A DNA stretch of 32,449 nucleotides, from positions 1-32,449 of the IMG/VR virus record IMGVR_UViG_3300032116_000830; one strand, given 5' to 3'. Below are positions 18,485 to 26,626 of the stretch, piece after piece; the stretch's first letter is position 1, and each line of letters opens with the position of its first letter. A program made the position numbers and the translations under genes. Under the pieces are notes generated by a model, which worked only from the letters and a program-made list of their open reading frames with translations, made no database searches and had not been told where the DNA came from. The stretch comes from a virus (lineage: Duplodnaviria > Caudoviricetes).

Positions 18485-18744
18485 AAGTTATCTGGTATCT
18501 GGTCAAACTTTCCAAGTTCTTTAATTTCTAGCGGTTTAAAATTAACTGTAATATCCTTAGCTTCGCCATGGTTAATAATATAATGACCTTTTCTAATCCT
18601 TTTTAATATCGCTTTTAAAAACAATACATATATAACATTCTCCGCTTCTCGATGACTCCAATTCAAAGACTTTTTAACTTCTGAGGATGATGTAGTATTT
18701 CTAAATTGCTCCATTACTGCTTTTTGCTTTTCTGTCAATTTCAT
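18349..18744 (-). CDS. Putative winged-HTH DNA-binding protein
   Basis: MKLTEKQK...SSEVKKSL...ILKRIRKGHY pattern; ATGA overlap with the upstream peptide gene. Confidence 0.5.
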   Translation of the reverse strand: MKLTEKQKAVMEQFRNTTSSSEVKKSLNWSHREAENVIYVLFLKAILKRIRKGHYIINHGEAKDITVNFKPLEIKELGKFDQIPDNLWQYIWNNRKRRCSELKQITGIPRFYIRQYIYGRMLEEFPRHREY

Positions 18745-18830
18745 AATGTCCACCATCCAATAAAATAAGCGGCGGAAAAAAGTAATCCGAATCCTAATCC
18801 TGCTATAATCGCTTTTAATATGTCATTCAT
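18741..18830 (-). CDS. 29-aa single-TM peptide
   Basis: MNDILKAIIAGLGFGLLFSAAYFIGWWTL; ATGA overlaps on both sides and GGAG RBS. Confidence 0.6.
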   Translation of the reverse strand: MNDILKAIIAGLGFGLLFSAAYFIGWWTL

Positions 18831-19051
18831 TGTTTCATCTCCTTTGCTATTCCTCTAATAAATTTATTGTATCTTTCCAATGCTCTATCGGTTTCGCCCT
18901 TTGTTAATATTCCATTCATGTGGAAGGCAAATATATGTTTAAGCATCGTGTCATAACGTTCGTGATTCTCTCCCAATGTATATCCTTGTTTATTCAATTG
19001 GCTTTCTAGTGGCTCCGATATAATGCTGAAATACATATGATAATCTTTCAT
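18827..19051 (-). CDS. Hypothetical protein
   Basis: AAGGAG RBS and overlap coupling. Confidence 0.65.
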   Translation of the reverse strand: MKDYHMYFSIISEPLESQLNKQGYTLGENHERYDTMLKHIFAFHMNGILTKGETDRALERYNKFIRGIAKEMKQ

Positions 19052-19212
19052 TGTTTAATCTCCTTTTCTGATTCAAACATTTCTTCAAACGCATGTTCAT
19101 AAGCTGATAACTTCCCTCTTAAATATGCTATTTGTTCAATCGATTCTTGTATACTTGTTTTCATCTTTCTTATTTCTTGTATTAAAAACATCATCTTTTC
19201 AGTTTCTTTCAT
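19048..19212 (-). CDS. Hypothetical coiled-coil protein (start MKETEK)
   Basis: AAGGAG RBS and ATGA overlap. Confidence 0.6.
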   Translation of the reverse strand: MKETEKMMFLIQEIRKMKTSIQESIEQIAYLRGKLSAYEHAFEEMFESEKEIKQ

Positions 19213-19424
19213 TTCATCGACTCCTTGACTGCGATTAATCTGCATAAATACCATTCTGCCTTATGTAAATCTTCAATCCCATTCTTTTCATTGTATCGGC
19301 TTATATATTTAATGACATTCCCTTGCAAGTATCCTTCAAAGGCTTCTGGTGTCATCTTTGCCGCGATGTAGTCGATGGTTTCTATGCCGCCAAACTTATA
19401 ATGATTTGGGTTTATTTTGTCCAT
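19209..19424 (-). CDS. DUF3310 family protein
   Basis: INPNHY..GGIETIDYI...GNVIKYISRY..KNGIEDLHKAEWYL. Confidence 0.88.
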   Translation of the reverse strand: MDKINPNHYKFGGIETIDYIAAKMTPEAFEGYLQGNVIKYISRYNEKNGIEDLHKAEWYLCRLIAVKESMK

Positions 19425-19533
19425 TCCTTCGCCTCATTTCGTGAAGTGCTTGCCATTTATATTTAAGCTCGCATTCGTTGTCATTAAATATGATTTCTTT
19501 TAACTGTTCATCAGTTGCTTGATTCCAGTTCAT
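19396..19533 (-). CDS. Hypothetical 45-aa protein
   Basis: GAGGTGA RBS; MNWNQATDEQLKEIIFND... Confidence 0.6.
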   Translation of the reverse strand: MNWNQATDEQLKEIIFNDNECELKYKWQALHEMRRRNGQNKPKSL

Positions 19534-19542
19534 TTAATCACC

Positions 19543-20640
19543 TCAAAATAATGTTAGTTGACTTTCTTTTTTCTCTCTTTGAATTCTATGTTCTTCACGT
19601 CTGGTAAAGTCTTTAAAATCAGTTTTACGATATAATCCTGAATGAATCCAATCACGCATCGCTCTTACATGAAATGATTGCTGTTTTCCGTTTCCATCTA
19701 CTCCAACCTTTCCGTTTAAATCTCTGAATAGCATCGGATAAATATCACAATTCAATTCTCTTAAGCAATCCACTCGCATTAAATCTTCTTCCTCTGTGGT
19801 ATTAAATCCAATAAGCATATAAAATTTCAAATGATATGGCGGGATTCCATACTCCTGCAATAACTTAACTTTTTCTGGAACGATTTTCATCATATCATAT
19901 GTAACTGTTCCGCCTGTTTCTTGGTCAATCTTCTTTTTTGTTATTAAATCAAATGCAAAGAATAATTGTTTTTTGTTGGGATTGTATCCGCGATAGTTAA
20001 CGCTTTTTAATGCTTTTGCTATTTCTGGAGTAACTAATGTGATGTCATTCGCTTGGTCCCAATGAATTGAAAGATTATGGAATTTTATTTGCTCAACATC
20101 ATTCATGAAATCTCGATGGGCAAATGAGTTGTTATTCATAAGTATCAAATGATTGCTTCTTGGATTGATTAAATCCTTTACTTGCATTTCTCTATATTCT
20201 TGCAATCCTTCTTTTTTAGGTACCACACAAAAGGCGCAACCTACGTGACAACCTCGTGTTGTAAATCCAATCCCATAATCAATGTTATACATTTCATAAG
20301 TCCAAGGAACATGAGATATAGTGGCTATTTCTGGCGGCAATTCTGTGACTGTATAAGGTGCTTTTGTGTAGTCATCCCATCCAGTTCCACCTATTATAAT
20401 CTCTTTGGCTCTTTGTTCCCATAATGGCATCATTCGCTTAATCATTGGTCTTGTATTCGTAAAAATAGTTGATATATAAAGCTTATCCACTTTTTCGTTG
20501 TTGTATGGATAAAAAATTTCATCTCCATTTAGCTTGTGATATCCGTAAATTTTACCGCATGCGATATTTGGATATCTCTCGCGCCTGCCAAGATTATTAG
20601 TTTCTCTTTTGGTGTCGATATCCAAAATACCAATTTTCAT
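19543..20640 (-). CDS. Phage radical SAM protein
   Basis: TTRGCHVGCAFCVVP (CxxxCxxC), IGGTG, FAFD, YMLIGFNTT. Confidence 0.9.
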   Translation of the reverse strand: MKIGILDIDTKRETNNLGRRERYPNIACGKIYGYHKLNGDEIFYPYNNEKVDKLYISTIFTNTRPMIKRMMPLWEQRAKEIIIGGTGWDDYTKAPYTVTELPPEIATISHVPWTYEMYNIDYGIGFTTRGCHVGCAFCVVPKKEGLQEYREMQVKDLINPRSNHLILMNNNSFAHRDFMNDVEQIKFHNLSIHWDQANDITLVTPEIAKALKSVNYRGYNPNKKQLFFAFDLITKKKIDQETGGTVTYDMMKIVPEKVKLLQEYGIPPYHLKFYMLIGFNTTEEEDLMRVDCLRELNCDIYPMLFRDLNGKVGVDGNGKQQSFHVRAMRDWIHSGLYRKTDFKDFTRREEHRIQREKKESQLTLF

Positions 20641-20798
20641 TGTTCACATTCTCCTTTCTTGCAATCCTGCCCGTATGCTTCATTTTCTTCCACATACAAG
20701 AGATATCCATTCGCATGACATGTTACACATGGCTCAATTGTATCTTCGATTTTGATGTATCCAGTTCCTGCACATTCTGTACATATTATTTTTTTCAA
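20637..20798 (-). CDS. Small DnaJ-type zinc-finger protein (TTG start)
   Basis: GGAGG RBS; CTECAGTG...CVTCHANG. Confidence 0.65.
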   Translation of the reverse strand: MKKIICTECAGTGYIKIEDTIEPCVTCHANGYLLYVEENEAYGQDCKKGECEQ

Positions 20799-20908
20799 TC
20801 TCTCGCCTCCATCCATATAAGAATCACCATCGCTGTAAATAATGCTATTGTTATTATGACATTGATAACTACAATGGTTATAAGTAGCTGTGCGGTTTCT
20901 TGTGTCAT
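20795..20908 (-). CDS. 37-aa single-TM peptide
   Basis: MTQETAQLLITIVVINVIITIALFTAMVILIWMEARD; overlaps both neighbours. Confidence 0.55.
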   Translation of the reverse strand: MTQETAQLLITIVVINVIITIALFTAMVILIWMEARD

Positions 20909-21108
20909 ATTATTTTGGCGATAGACTTATAAAATCTATCTTTTGTGTTTATCTTGCTTACAACTGTAATGTTACTACGTGATTCATGATAATATTTTTC
21001 GCTGAGATTCTCCGCCGCGGCTTGTGCTTGTTCCCATGTAGTATAATAACGTGTTTTTACTGATTCGCCGTTGAGCCTATCAATTACAATCCCTTGATAC
21101 TTAATCAT
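20905..21108 (-). CDS. Hypothetical early protein
   Basis: AAGGAGTG RBS. Confidence 0.65.
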   Translation of the reverse strand: MIKYQGIVIDRLNGESVKTRYYTTWEQAQAAAENLSEKYYHESRSNITVVSKINTKDRFYKSIAKII

Positions 21109-21235
21109 TGTTCTTCACTCCTTTTATCCATTTGATATAATCCAATGCTAGTTCTAGATTAATAAACTTCTTATCTTGTTTGTCATTAATGTAAACAACA
21201 TATTCTTTTTTGATTTTCTTGATTCTGCATTCCAT
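21101..21235 (-). CDS. Hypothetical 44-aa protein
   Basis: AAGGAG RBS; MECRIKKIKKEYVVYIND... Confidence 0.6.
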   Translation of the reverse strand: MECRIKKIKKEYVVYINDKQDKKFINLELALDYIKWIKGVKNND

Positions 21236-21239
21236 TTTA

Positions 21240-21410
21240 TTAACTCCTTTTGATTAGCTTCATTTCTCTAATTAAATCAGAGTAGGTTTCACCATTAACT
21301 GTTCTTGCGCCGTCATGCTGTGCTTCGTATCCTTCTTTTAATATTACCCAATAACCGTCATCATCTTTCCAATATTCTTTAATTGCTTCTTTCATTTTTT
21401 TGCTGAACAT
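21240..21410 (-). CDS. Hypothetical 56-aa protein
   Basis: AAGGAG RBS; MFSKKMKEAIKEYWKDDDGYWVILKEGY... Confidence 0.65.
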   Translation of the reverse strand: MFSKKMKEAIKEYWKDDDGYWVILKEGYEAQHDGARTVNGETYSDLIREMKLIKRS

Positions 21411-21433
21411 TTGATTCTCCTTTTAGATGATTT

Positions 21434-21459
21434 GCGGAGTTTAGCCGCTCCGCTCGGCT
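21434..21459 (-). repeat. Intergenic pseudoknot-like element A
   Basis: AGCCG-A-GCGGAG-CGGCU-AAA-CUCCGC. Confidence 0.6.
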
Positions 21460-21465
21460 GTGTGA

Positions 21466-21681
21466 TTAGCAATCCTTGTATTCCAATGCTTCGATATCCT
21501 CGTATTCGCAATCTCTGGTGCTTAAAACATCTTCAAACTCAAGCTCGAAACCTTCTTCAATCAATTCATCGTGCAATTTGAATTTCGCTTTAAATTCTGC
21601 ATAATCCGTAAAAAGAAATTCTAGTTTGTCGCCATCATCATTGGTGTAGGTAGCTTGCAATACTGTTGTGAACATTGTCAT
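21466..21681 (-). CDS. Highly acidic small protein
   Basis: AAGGAG RBS; about 21 D/E in 71 aa. Confidence 0.7.
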   Translation of the reverse strand: MTMFTTVLQATYTNDDGDKLEFLFTDYAEFKAKFKLHDELIEEGFELEFEDVLSTRDCEYEDIEALEYKDC

Positions 21682-21698
21682 CTCTCCTTTGTTTTATT

Positions 21699-21722
21699 AG
21701 GCGGTTTTTACACCGCCTCGCC
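21699..21722 (-). repeat. Intergenic hairpin/pseudoknot-like element B
   Basis: GGCG-AGGCGG-UGU-AAAAA-CCGCCU. Confidence 0.55.
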
Positions 21723-21723
21723 T

Positions 21724-21864
21724 TTATTCCATCATCCATCCGTAAACCCATTCGCTGATATCCTCATCTGTAATTCCTGTTGCGATGTCCTCATCCATTA
21801 ATTCAGTTTCTCCGAATCCGTTGATGATTTCGTCAAGTGTGATTTCATCCCATGTCTTTTGCAT
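21724..21864 (-). CDS. Highly acidic 46-aa protein
   Basis: AAGGAGGTG RBS; MQKTWDEITLDEIINGFGETELMDEDIATGITDEDISEWVYGWMME. Confidence 0.65.
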   Translation of the reverse strand: MQKTWDEITLDEIINGFGETELMDEDIATGITDEDISEWVYGWMME

Positions 21865-21915
21865 TTGCTCACCTCCTTTGATTGATTGAACGATATTTAC
21901 ATCGGCATGCTTTGA

Positions 21916-22068
21916 TTATTTCAATCTGTTCATCATCACAATCGCATTTTCTAATCCTTGTATCATTCCTTTGATTCTTGCCTTTTCTACTGTATCCAAT
22001 TCTCCTTCTGTGAGTAAATCGATTAATGATTCAATTTTATTCACAATTTGTTGTTCTAATCTCTCCAT
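21916..22068 (-). CDS. Hypothetical 50-aa helical protein
   Basis: AAGGAGGTG RBS; MERLEQQIVNKIESLIDLL... Confidence 0.65.
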   Translation of the reverse strand: MERLEQQIVNKIESLIDLLTEGELDTVEKARIKGMIQGLENAIVMMNRLK

Positions 22069-22092
22069 TTTTTTCACCTCCTTTTATTGATT

Positions 22093-22116
22093 AGGCGGCT
22101 GTTACACCGCCTCGCT
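22093..22116 (-). repeat. Intergenic hairpin/pseudoknot-like element C
   Basis: AGCG-AGGCGG-UGU-AACAG-CCGCCU, a near-copy of element B. Confidence 0.55.
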
Positions 22117-22117
22117 T

Positions 22118-22429
22118 TTAGTTTTTCGCCATCCATTGAAGTGCTTTGCTTTCGTAACCTTTTGTAAATACTGTAACCCATTCGTCATCTTGCTTTACTG
22201 ATAATGTTCCTGCCCATCGGCTTTGCTTGCTTACTCCCCAACATTTTTCAAATTTTACTTCTTTTCCTGATTTCGTCTTTCCTGTTAATTCGTGTTCGCC
22301 TTCTAACTTTACATCTTTTAGCATTGCTTTCTTTTCTTCTTCTTTTTTAATTCTTGCTTGTTCTTTTTTTGCTTCTGCTTTCTTTTGTTGCTCTGCCCAA
22401 TATGCATCGTATTTGTTCATTGTGTTCAT
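22118..22429 (-). CDS. Hypothetical early protein
   Basis: First gene after the 22452-22481 promoter; AAGGAG RBS. Confidence 0.7.
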   Translation of the reverse strand: MNTMNKYDAYWAEQQKKAEAKKEQARIKKEEEKKAMLKDVKLEGEHELTGKTKSGKEVKFEKCWGVSKQSRWAGTLSVKQDDEWVTVFTKGYESKALQWMAKN

Positions 22430-22451
22430 CTCCTTTTTTTGGCTATGCCTA

Positions 22452-22481
22452 ATTTTATCATACTATATTATTATATGTAAA
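22452..22481 (-). promoter_or_regulatory. Sigma-A-like early promoter
   Basis: TTTACA-18 bp-TAAAAT with extended TG and an A-rich upstream region. Confidence 0.7.
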
Positions 22482-22490
22482 GCTTTATTT

Positions 22491-22868
22491 TTAATCATTC
22501 TCCATCTTTTTTAAAAAGATTTCAACTCGCGGATGCGCCTTATCTAACGTGAAGTCCATGACTCGCGGCAATGCGAATTTATCATTGGTGTAAATCCTAC
22601 CACGCTCCAACAAATCCAAAAGAATCTTTAATGTATTATGCGAATCTCTCAATCTTGCATTGGGATAAAAAAAATATAATTCAAGGATAACTTTTTCTTC
22701 TGCCGTTTCCCATTGGGATTCCTCCACATAAGCAATAGTTTTTTCTAATGCATCCTTATACCAATCATTTGCATACTTGTTAAGGATTCTCATGTTCCTG
22801 CCGCGTATCTTAGCATTAATGTACATATGATTTACCGATGGCGGTAACTTAAGTATTAATGGTTTCAT
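22491..22868 (-). CDS. rusA: RusA-like Holliday junction resolvase
   Basis: LPPSVNHMY...RLRDSHNTLKILLDLL...IYTNDK...PRVEI. Confidence 0.82.
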   Translation of the reverse strand: MKPLILKLPPSVNHMYINAKIRGRNMRILNKYANDWYKDALEKTIAYVEESQWETAEEKVILELYFFYPNARLRDSHNTLKILLDLLERGRIYTNDKFALPRVMDFTLDKAHPRVEIFLKKMEND

Positions 22869-22872
22869 TGTT

Positions 22873-23361
22873 TCATCTCCCTAACTTCAAATAATCATTC
22901 CCACGCATGAGCGCAACTTGCTGTTCCCGCTTGTGCATCGTATCATAAGCTTTAATAAAGTGTGCGCGGTCTGCGATTTCGTTTTCCGATAGGCAAAGTG
23001 TTTGCCATCCCATCGCATTTACCACTTCTGCTACTTCTGGCGGCATACTCTGCAATGCTTCAGCTTCTCGATAATATCCATAATTGCGAATCGCTTTAAT
23101 GACCATTCCCCATGCGCTCATACCGTCAAGCTTGCCAATGTTCTCGTATTCGATTATGTGCTGAATAATGTCATGGATTGTTGGCGCGAATCTGGATGAT
23201 TTAATGTGAGTTTCCGCGGCATGTTTTACAAGCTCATACGGATAGCGGCTGAGCATTGAGTGCCATACTTCCAACATTAATTCTTCTTTTCCTGATTCAA
23301 TAAATTTTGGATAACATACACTAAATATCGAAAATATTTTTACTACTTCTTTCTTCTCCAT
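22873..23361 (-). CDS. Replicative helicase loader/inhibitor (SPP1 G39P-like)
   Basis: MEKKEVVKIF...YP...W..ML...FAPTIHDI...AWGMV; follows the initiator gene. Confidence 0.75.
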   Translation of the reverse strand: MEKKEVVKIFSIFSVCYPKFIESGKEELMLEVWHSMLSRYPYELVKHAAETHIKSSRFAPTIHDIIQHIIEYENIGKLDGMSAWGMVIKAIRNYGYYREAEALQSMPPEVAEVVNAMGWQTLCLSENEIADRAHFIKAYDTMHKREQQVALMRGNDYLKLGR

Positions 23362-24208
23362 CCTGCTCCCCTCCATATTTATCATATAAGTTTTTGAGAT
23401 TGTCTTGTGTCTGCTCAAAGTTACTTCTTTTTCTGGTCATTGGCTGATTGAGATATGCATCAAACTTTGAGCTAAATAGTGTCAATGGTCGGAGATACTG
23501 TTGCATATCAGTTCCGGTCCATTCCTGCACCTTTTTATCTATTACTATTATACAATCTTCTTTTGTGTAACCTTTTTTAATTATTGAATCTATTAATTTT
23601 AAATTCGAATCTATCAACCTATAATTTGAACCGCTTTTTAGGTTCAAGTAGGATAAGATTTCTTCTGCTTCTGGACTATTTTTTTTCTTTGTATACACTT
23701 TGTGTACATTTTGTATACATGATTCTTTTTTTATATCTATATCTTTCTTTAACTTTAATTCTTTCTCTAACTCTATCTCTATCTCTGGTGTACATTTGTC
23801 GTACGTTTGTTGTAACATTTGTACATCTTTTTCATCATTTACTTTGTTTCTGTATTCTCTTATTCTATCGGCTTCGCTTGATGAATGACCTATAAAATTC
23901 TGTATATCTAAAATATAAATAGCTCCATTATCCATAATTTCGATTAAATCTAATTCCTTAAATATTTTTAATGCCTTTTCAACTACTCCAACGTTATGCC
24001 TAACAACTTGAGCTAAAATAGTAGAATTATACGGGATACGGTCATTAAACATTAACTTGCCTTCATTCTTCAAACTTCTTAAATATAATTTCAATAAAAT
24101 ATTTGAATATAAATATCCATCGGGCATTGACTCCAATACAATCATCGAATCACTATCAAAAAAATTATCCTTTAATTTTAAATAATAATATTTTTTGTTA
24201 TCTGCCAT
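23321..24208 (-). CDS. Phage replisome organiser / replication initiator
   Basis: KKYYYLKLKDNFF...ILLKLYLRSLK N-domain; EILSYLN...YLRPLTLFSSKFDAYLNQ C-domain. Confidence 0.92.
   Translation of the reverse strand: MADNKKYYYLKLKDNFFDSDSMIVLESMPDGYLYSNILLKLYLRSLKNEGKLMFNDRIPYNSTILAQVVRHNVGVVEKALKIFKELDLIEIMDNGAIYILDIQNFIGHSSSEADRIREYRNKVNDEKDVQMLQQTYDKCTPEIEIELEKELKLKKDIDIKKESCIQNVHKVYTKKKNSPEAEEILSYLNLKSGSNYRLIDSNLKLIDSIIKKGYTKEDCIIVIDKKVQEWTGTDMQQYLRPLTLFSSKFDAYLNQPMTRKRSNFEQTQDNLKNLYDKYGGEQDGEERSSKNIFDI
23690..23826. repeat. Iteron-like repeats, putative replication origin
   Basis: TGTATACA/TGTGTACA/TGTATACA at 23690, 23701 and 23712; TGTACATTTG-like copies at 23789, 23800 and 23811 (11-bp phasing), inside the initiator gene. 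Confidence 0.7.
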
Positions 24209-24369
24209 TACTTCACCTCCAATAGCCTATCAAGCTCCGATTGCGGAATACGCATAGTATGCTCGTTGACTCTTACAACTTTAATTTGCCCTTTTTTTAT
24301 CATCGTGCGAATTGTCAAAGGATGAACCGCCAATCTTTTTGCAACTTCAGTTACTTTGTAAACATTCAT
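24208..24369 (-). CDS. Excisionase-like HTH_17 DNA-binding protein (53 aa)
   Basis: MNVYKVTEVAKRLAVHPLTIRTMIKKGQIKVVRVNEHTMRIPQSELDRLLEVK; AAGGAGTGA RBS. Confidence 0.82.
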   Translation of the reverse strand: MNVYKVTEVAKRLAVHPLTIRTMIKKGQIKVVRVNEHTMRIPQSELDRLLEVK

Positions 24370-24389
24370 TTTTATCACTCCTTTTTATC

Positions 24390-24419
24390 ATTTTATCACA
24401 TTTTTATTAGTAGTGTAAG
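24390..24419 (-). promoter_or_regulatory. Sigma-A-like promoter for the replication genes
   Basis: CTTACA-18 bp-TAAAAT with extended TG. Confidence 0.6.
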
Positions 24420-24456
24420 GGCATTACATCGAAATGCAATGCCCTTGTGTACTACT
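24409..24456 (-). other. Long UUCG-capped hairpin overlapping the -35 element
   Basis: AGUAGU-ACAC-AAGGGCAUUGCAU-UUCG-AUGUAAUGCCCUU-AC-ACUACU. Confidence 0.7.
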
Positions 24457-24616
24457 TATTATTGATGATTCGCTCAACTTCTGTTTTGCTAATTCTTACT
24501 GATTTCGTGCCAAACTTGGTAAACTGTAGTTGACCGCGTCCCATCCATTGTCTAATTGTGATTTCTGCCATTCCTAAAATTTTAGCTACTTCTTTTACTG
24601 TGTAGTAAGTTTCCAT
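24452..24616 (-). CDS. Excisionase-like HTH_17 DNA-binding protein (54 aa)
   Basis: METYYTVKEVAKILGMAEITIRQWMGRGQLQFTKFGTKSVRISKTEVERIINNK. Confidence 0.82.
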   Translation of the reverse strand: METYYTVKEVAKILGMAEITIRQWMGRGQLQFTKFGTKSVRISKTEVERIINNK

Positions 24617-25083
24617 TCATCTGCATCCTTTTCATAGATTTTTTTTGTTACAACTTCGATTCTTTTAAGTGGCAATAGTATCCCTTGTGATTCGTAGTCT
24701 TTGTTTCGGCATGTCCTGATACGTTCCTCACATTTCCATTTTTCTACCCATCGCCGCATATCTGGAGTATCAATCACATAAATCCGCCAATCAACTAATA
24801 AATAAATGATATAATCGCTTTGACTTGTGTATGCCCAACCTTGTTTAGTAGGAAACACACTATAAAGCTCAATAAAAAAGTTTCCTGTTGTGCGTGCTTT
24901 GTCATCTGATTTGTATTCGATTTTCAATTGCGTTCCGTCTGGTCTTACAAAAATCCTATCGAATCCCTGCCGCTGTTCGTCCATCGTAACTTTTTTAATC
25001 TTGTAAAATTTACTGAAAAAAATATCTAATTCATCCTCATAACGTTCGCCCTTCTGCAACTGCTCATTAAAGTCGTATATCAT
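24595..25083 (-). CDS. PD-(D/E)XK-like nuclease-fold protein
   Basis: QRQGFD...KIEYKSD....TGNFFIE...GWAYTSQSD. Confidence 0.65.
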   Translation of the reverse strand: MIYDFNEQLQKGERYEDELDIFFSKFYKIKKVTMDEQRQGFDRIFVRPDGTQLKIEYKSDDKARTTGNFFIELYSVFPTKQGWAYTSQSDYIIYLLVDWRIYVIDTPDMRRWVEKWKCEERIRTCRNKDYESQGILLPLKRIEVVTKKIYEKDADEWKLTTQ

Positions 25084-25222
25084 TAGTTAAATTGTTGCGA
25101 TTCCGCATATCTATCCTCCTTTTCTCGATGTGCCATAATTCCCACAATCTTAAATAAAATCTGTTGTAACGTTTTGTTTTAAGCATACTATTGAGTAGCT
25201 TTCCGTATAACCATAATTTCAT
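25067..25222 (-). CDS. Hypothetical 51-aa protein
   Basis: AAGGAG RBS and ATGA overlap; MKLWLYGKLLNSMLK... Confidence 0.4.
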   Translation of the reverse strand: MKLWLYGKLLNSMLKTKRYNRFYLRLWELWHIEKRRIDMRNRNNLTNDIRL

Positions 25223-25521
25223 TTTCGCATCTCCTTATATTTTATTCCTTCTTGTGTCTGGTCAAGCCATTGATGACATGATACGCATACATGAATTAAA
25301 TCATCTGCAGTTGTCTTATGCTCGATTCTTTTCCTGCTCGTAATATGAGCCATTTGCGTGGCTCTCTGGCGGTCGCATATTTCGCAAGCTCCATTACTAC
25401 GTTCCTGCACTTCTCGTCGCGTCTGTGCGGTTATGTCGCCTTTCTGGCGTTGCGTTTGCTTTATGCGTTTGCCGCGTGTTTGAAACTGCTTAGAATATTC
25501 ACCGCTCATAAAATTTAGCAA
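25219..25521 (-). CDS. HNH-like zinc-binding protein
   Basis: VQERSNGACEIC...AHI...LIHVCVSCH. Confidence 0.75.
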   Translation of the reverse strand: MLNFMSGEYSKQFQTRGKRIKQTQRQKGDITAQTRREVQERSNGACEICDRQRATQMAHITSRKRIEHKTTADDLIHVCVSCHQWLDQTQEGIKYKEMRK

Positions 25522-25822
25522 TTGTCTGCCATGCTGATATCTCGGTTTCGATGGCTCTAATGCTTTCTCGCTTTGCGATGAAAAGTGAATCTTGCAACTC
25601 GCGTTGTAATACGATATCGGAGATATTTGCGTGTGCTACCTCCTTTATAATGCTTGCTTGTATCCCCATTTGTTTAAGTTTCATAATCTCGATGGCGAAA
25701 GCTTTTCGGTATGATGATTCCATTGTTGCGCGTTCCCTGGCGGCATCTGCCAGGGAATGTTCTTGCTCTTTCAATCTCTTAACGCATTCGATTATTTCTC
25801 GGGCTATCGTCTGGTACTCCAT
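25499..25822 (-). CDS. Hypothetical coiled-coil phage protein
   Basis: Helical 107-aa ORF in the recombination cluster. Confidence 0.65.
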   Translation of the reverse strand: MEYQTIAREIIECVKRLKEQEHSLADAARERATMESSYRKAFAIEIMKLKQMGIQASIIKEVAHANISDIVLQRELQDSLFIAKRESIRAIETEISAWQTIAKFYER

Positions 25823-25823
25823 C

Positions 25824-26123
25824 TCATTTCATCCAATCATCAATTTCTTTTTTTTGCGTGATTCCGTAAATTTTTTCAATTACCAAATCTTGCGTGTAAA
25901 TCTTTTTTCCTTCCTTTTCGTAACTTCCTGATTTGATGGAGCCATCGCAATGAATTTCTTCGCCTTTTCTATGTGAGTGCAGGATTCGCGACATTTCCGC
26001 AAATGCAGTCACATTGATGAAGCTTTTTTCTGTCTTTATAAGTGCCTTGCATACTGTTTTCTCTCCGCTTCCGTATAATCGCGGTTCGCCATAGATGTAA
26101 CCTTTAAGCTCGAATCTGTTCAT
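25824..26123 (-). CDS. ssb: Single-stranded DNA-binding protein
   Basis: MNRFELKG...FINVTAF...KGEEIHCDGSIKSGSYEKEGKKIYTQDLVIE OB-fold pattern. Confidence 0.82.
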   Translation of the reverse strand: MNRFELKGYIYGEPRLYGSGEKTVCKALIKTEKSFINVTAFAEMSRILHSHRKGEEIHCDGSIKSGSYEKEGKKIYTQDLVIEKIYGITQKKEIDDWMK

Positions 26124-26626
26124 TTTTTGCCCTCCAACCTTTGATAGATTTCTTCATACGTAAACCCACGTTCCTTAAGCTTATTGATATTTAACTCAAA
26201 GTTTTCAAGATTCCCGAACTTTTCCTCATACAATGATTTGATGATTTCTGGTATCTCTGCGGCTTCTTCCTTCTTAAGCTGTTCCTGCTTCGCCTGTGCG
26301 GCTTCCACTTCTTCGCGGCTTGCTATGGACTTTTTAATCTCGAATCCTGCCAATGCCAACGCTCTGCCGACTGCCGATGTTTCGCAATTTTCAAGTGCTG
26401 ATGTTTTGTTGATATAAGTACTTCCTTCTTGTTCATATGCATGTCCGATGGATAAAGCTTTTTCGGTTTCATGGTCGCGGTATATGGTCGCCTGCATTAC
26501 TATTCTTCCTTCTGTCCATGATACGATATTAGTGATGATTCTACCGTCTGGGTACTGCTCATAAAACTTAAGTATTCGCTCATTAACTGTTATATAATCT
26601 TTCAAAATATCTTTTTTTTCCATCAT
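26120..26626 (-). CDS. Putative single-strand annealing protein (Sak/Rad52-like)
   Basis: DYITVNERI...GHAYE....INKTSALENCETSAVGRALA; adjacent to ssb. Confidence 0.65.
   Translation of the reverse strand: MMEKKDILKDYITVNERILKFYEQYPDGRIITNIVSWTEGRIVMQATIYRDHETEKALSIGHAYEQEGSTYINKTSALENCETSAVGRALALAGFEIKKSIASREEVEAAQAKQEQLKKEEAAEIPEIIKSLYEEKFGNLENFELNINKLKERGFTYEEIYQRLEGKK

Noticed and set aside
21434-22116. CRISPR array or mini-array
   Set aside because: The repeats are non-identical and are separated by RBS-bearing genes rather than uniform spacers; no cas genes.
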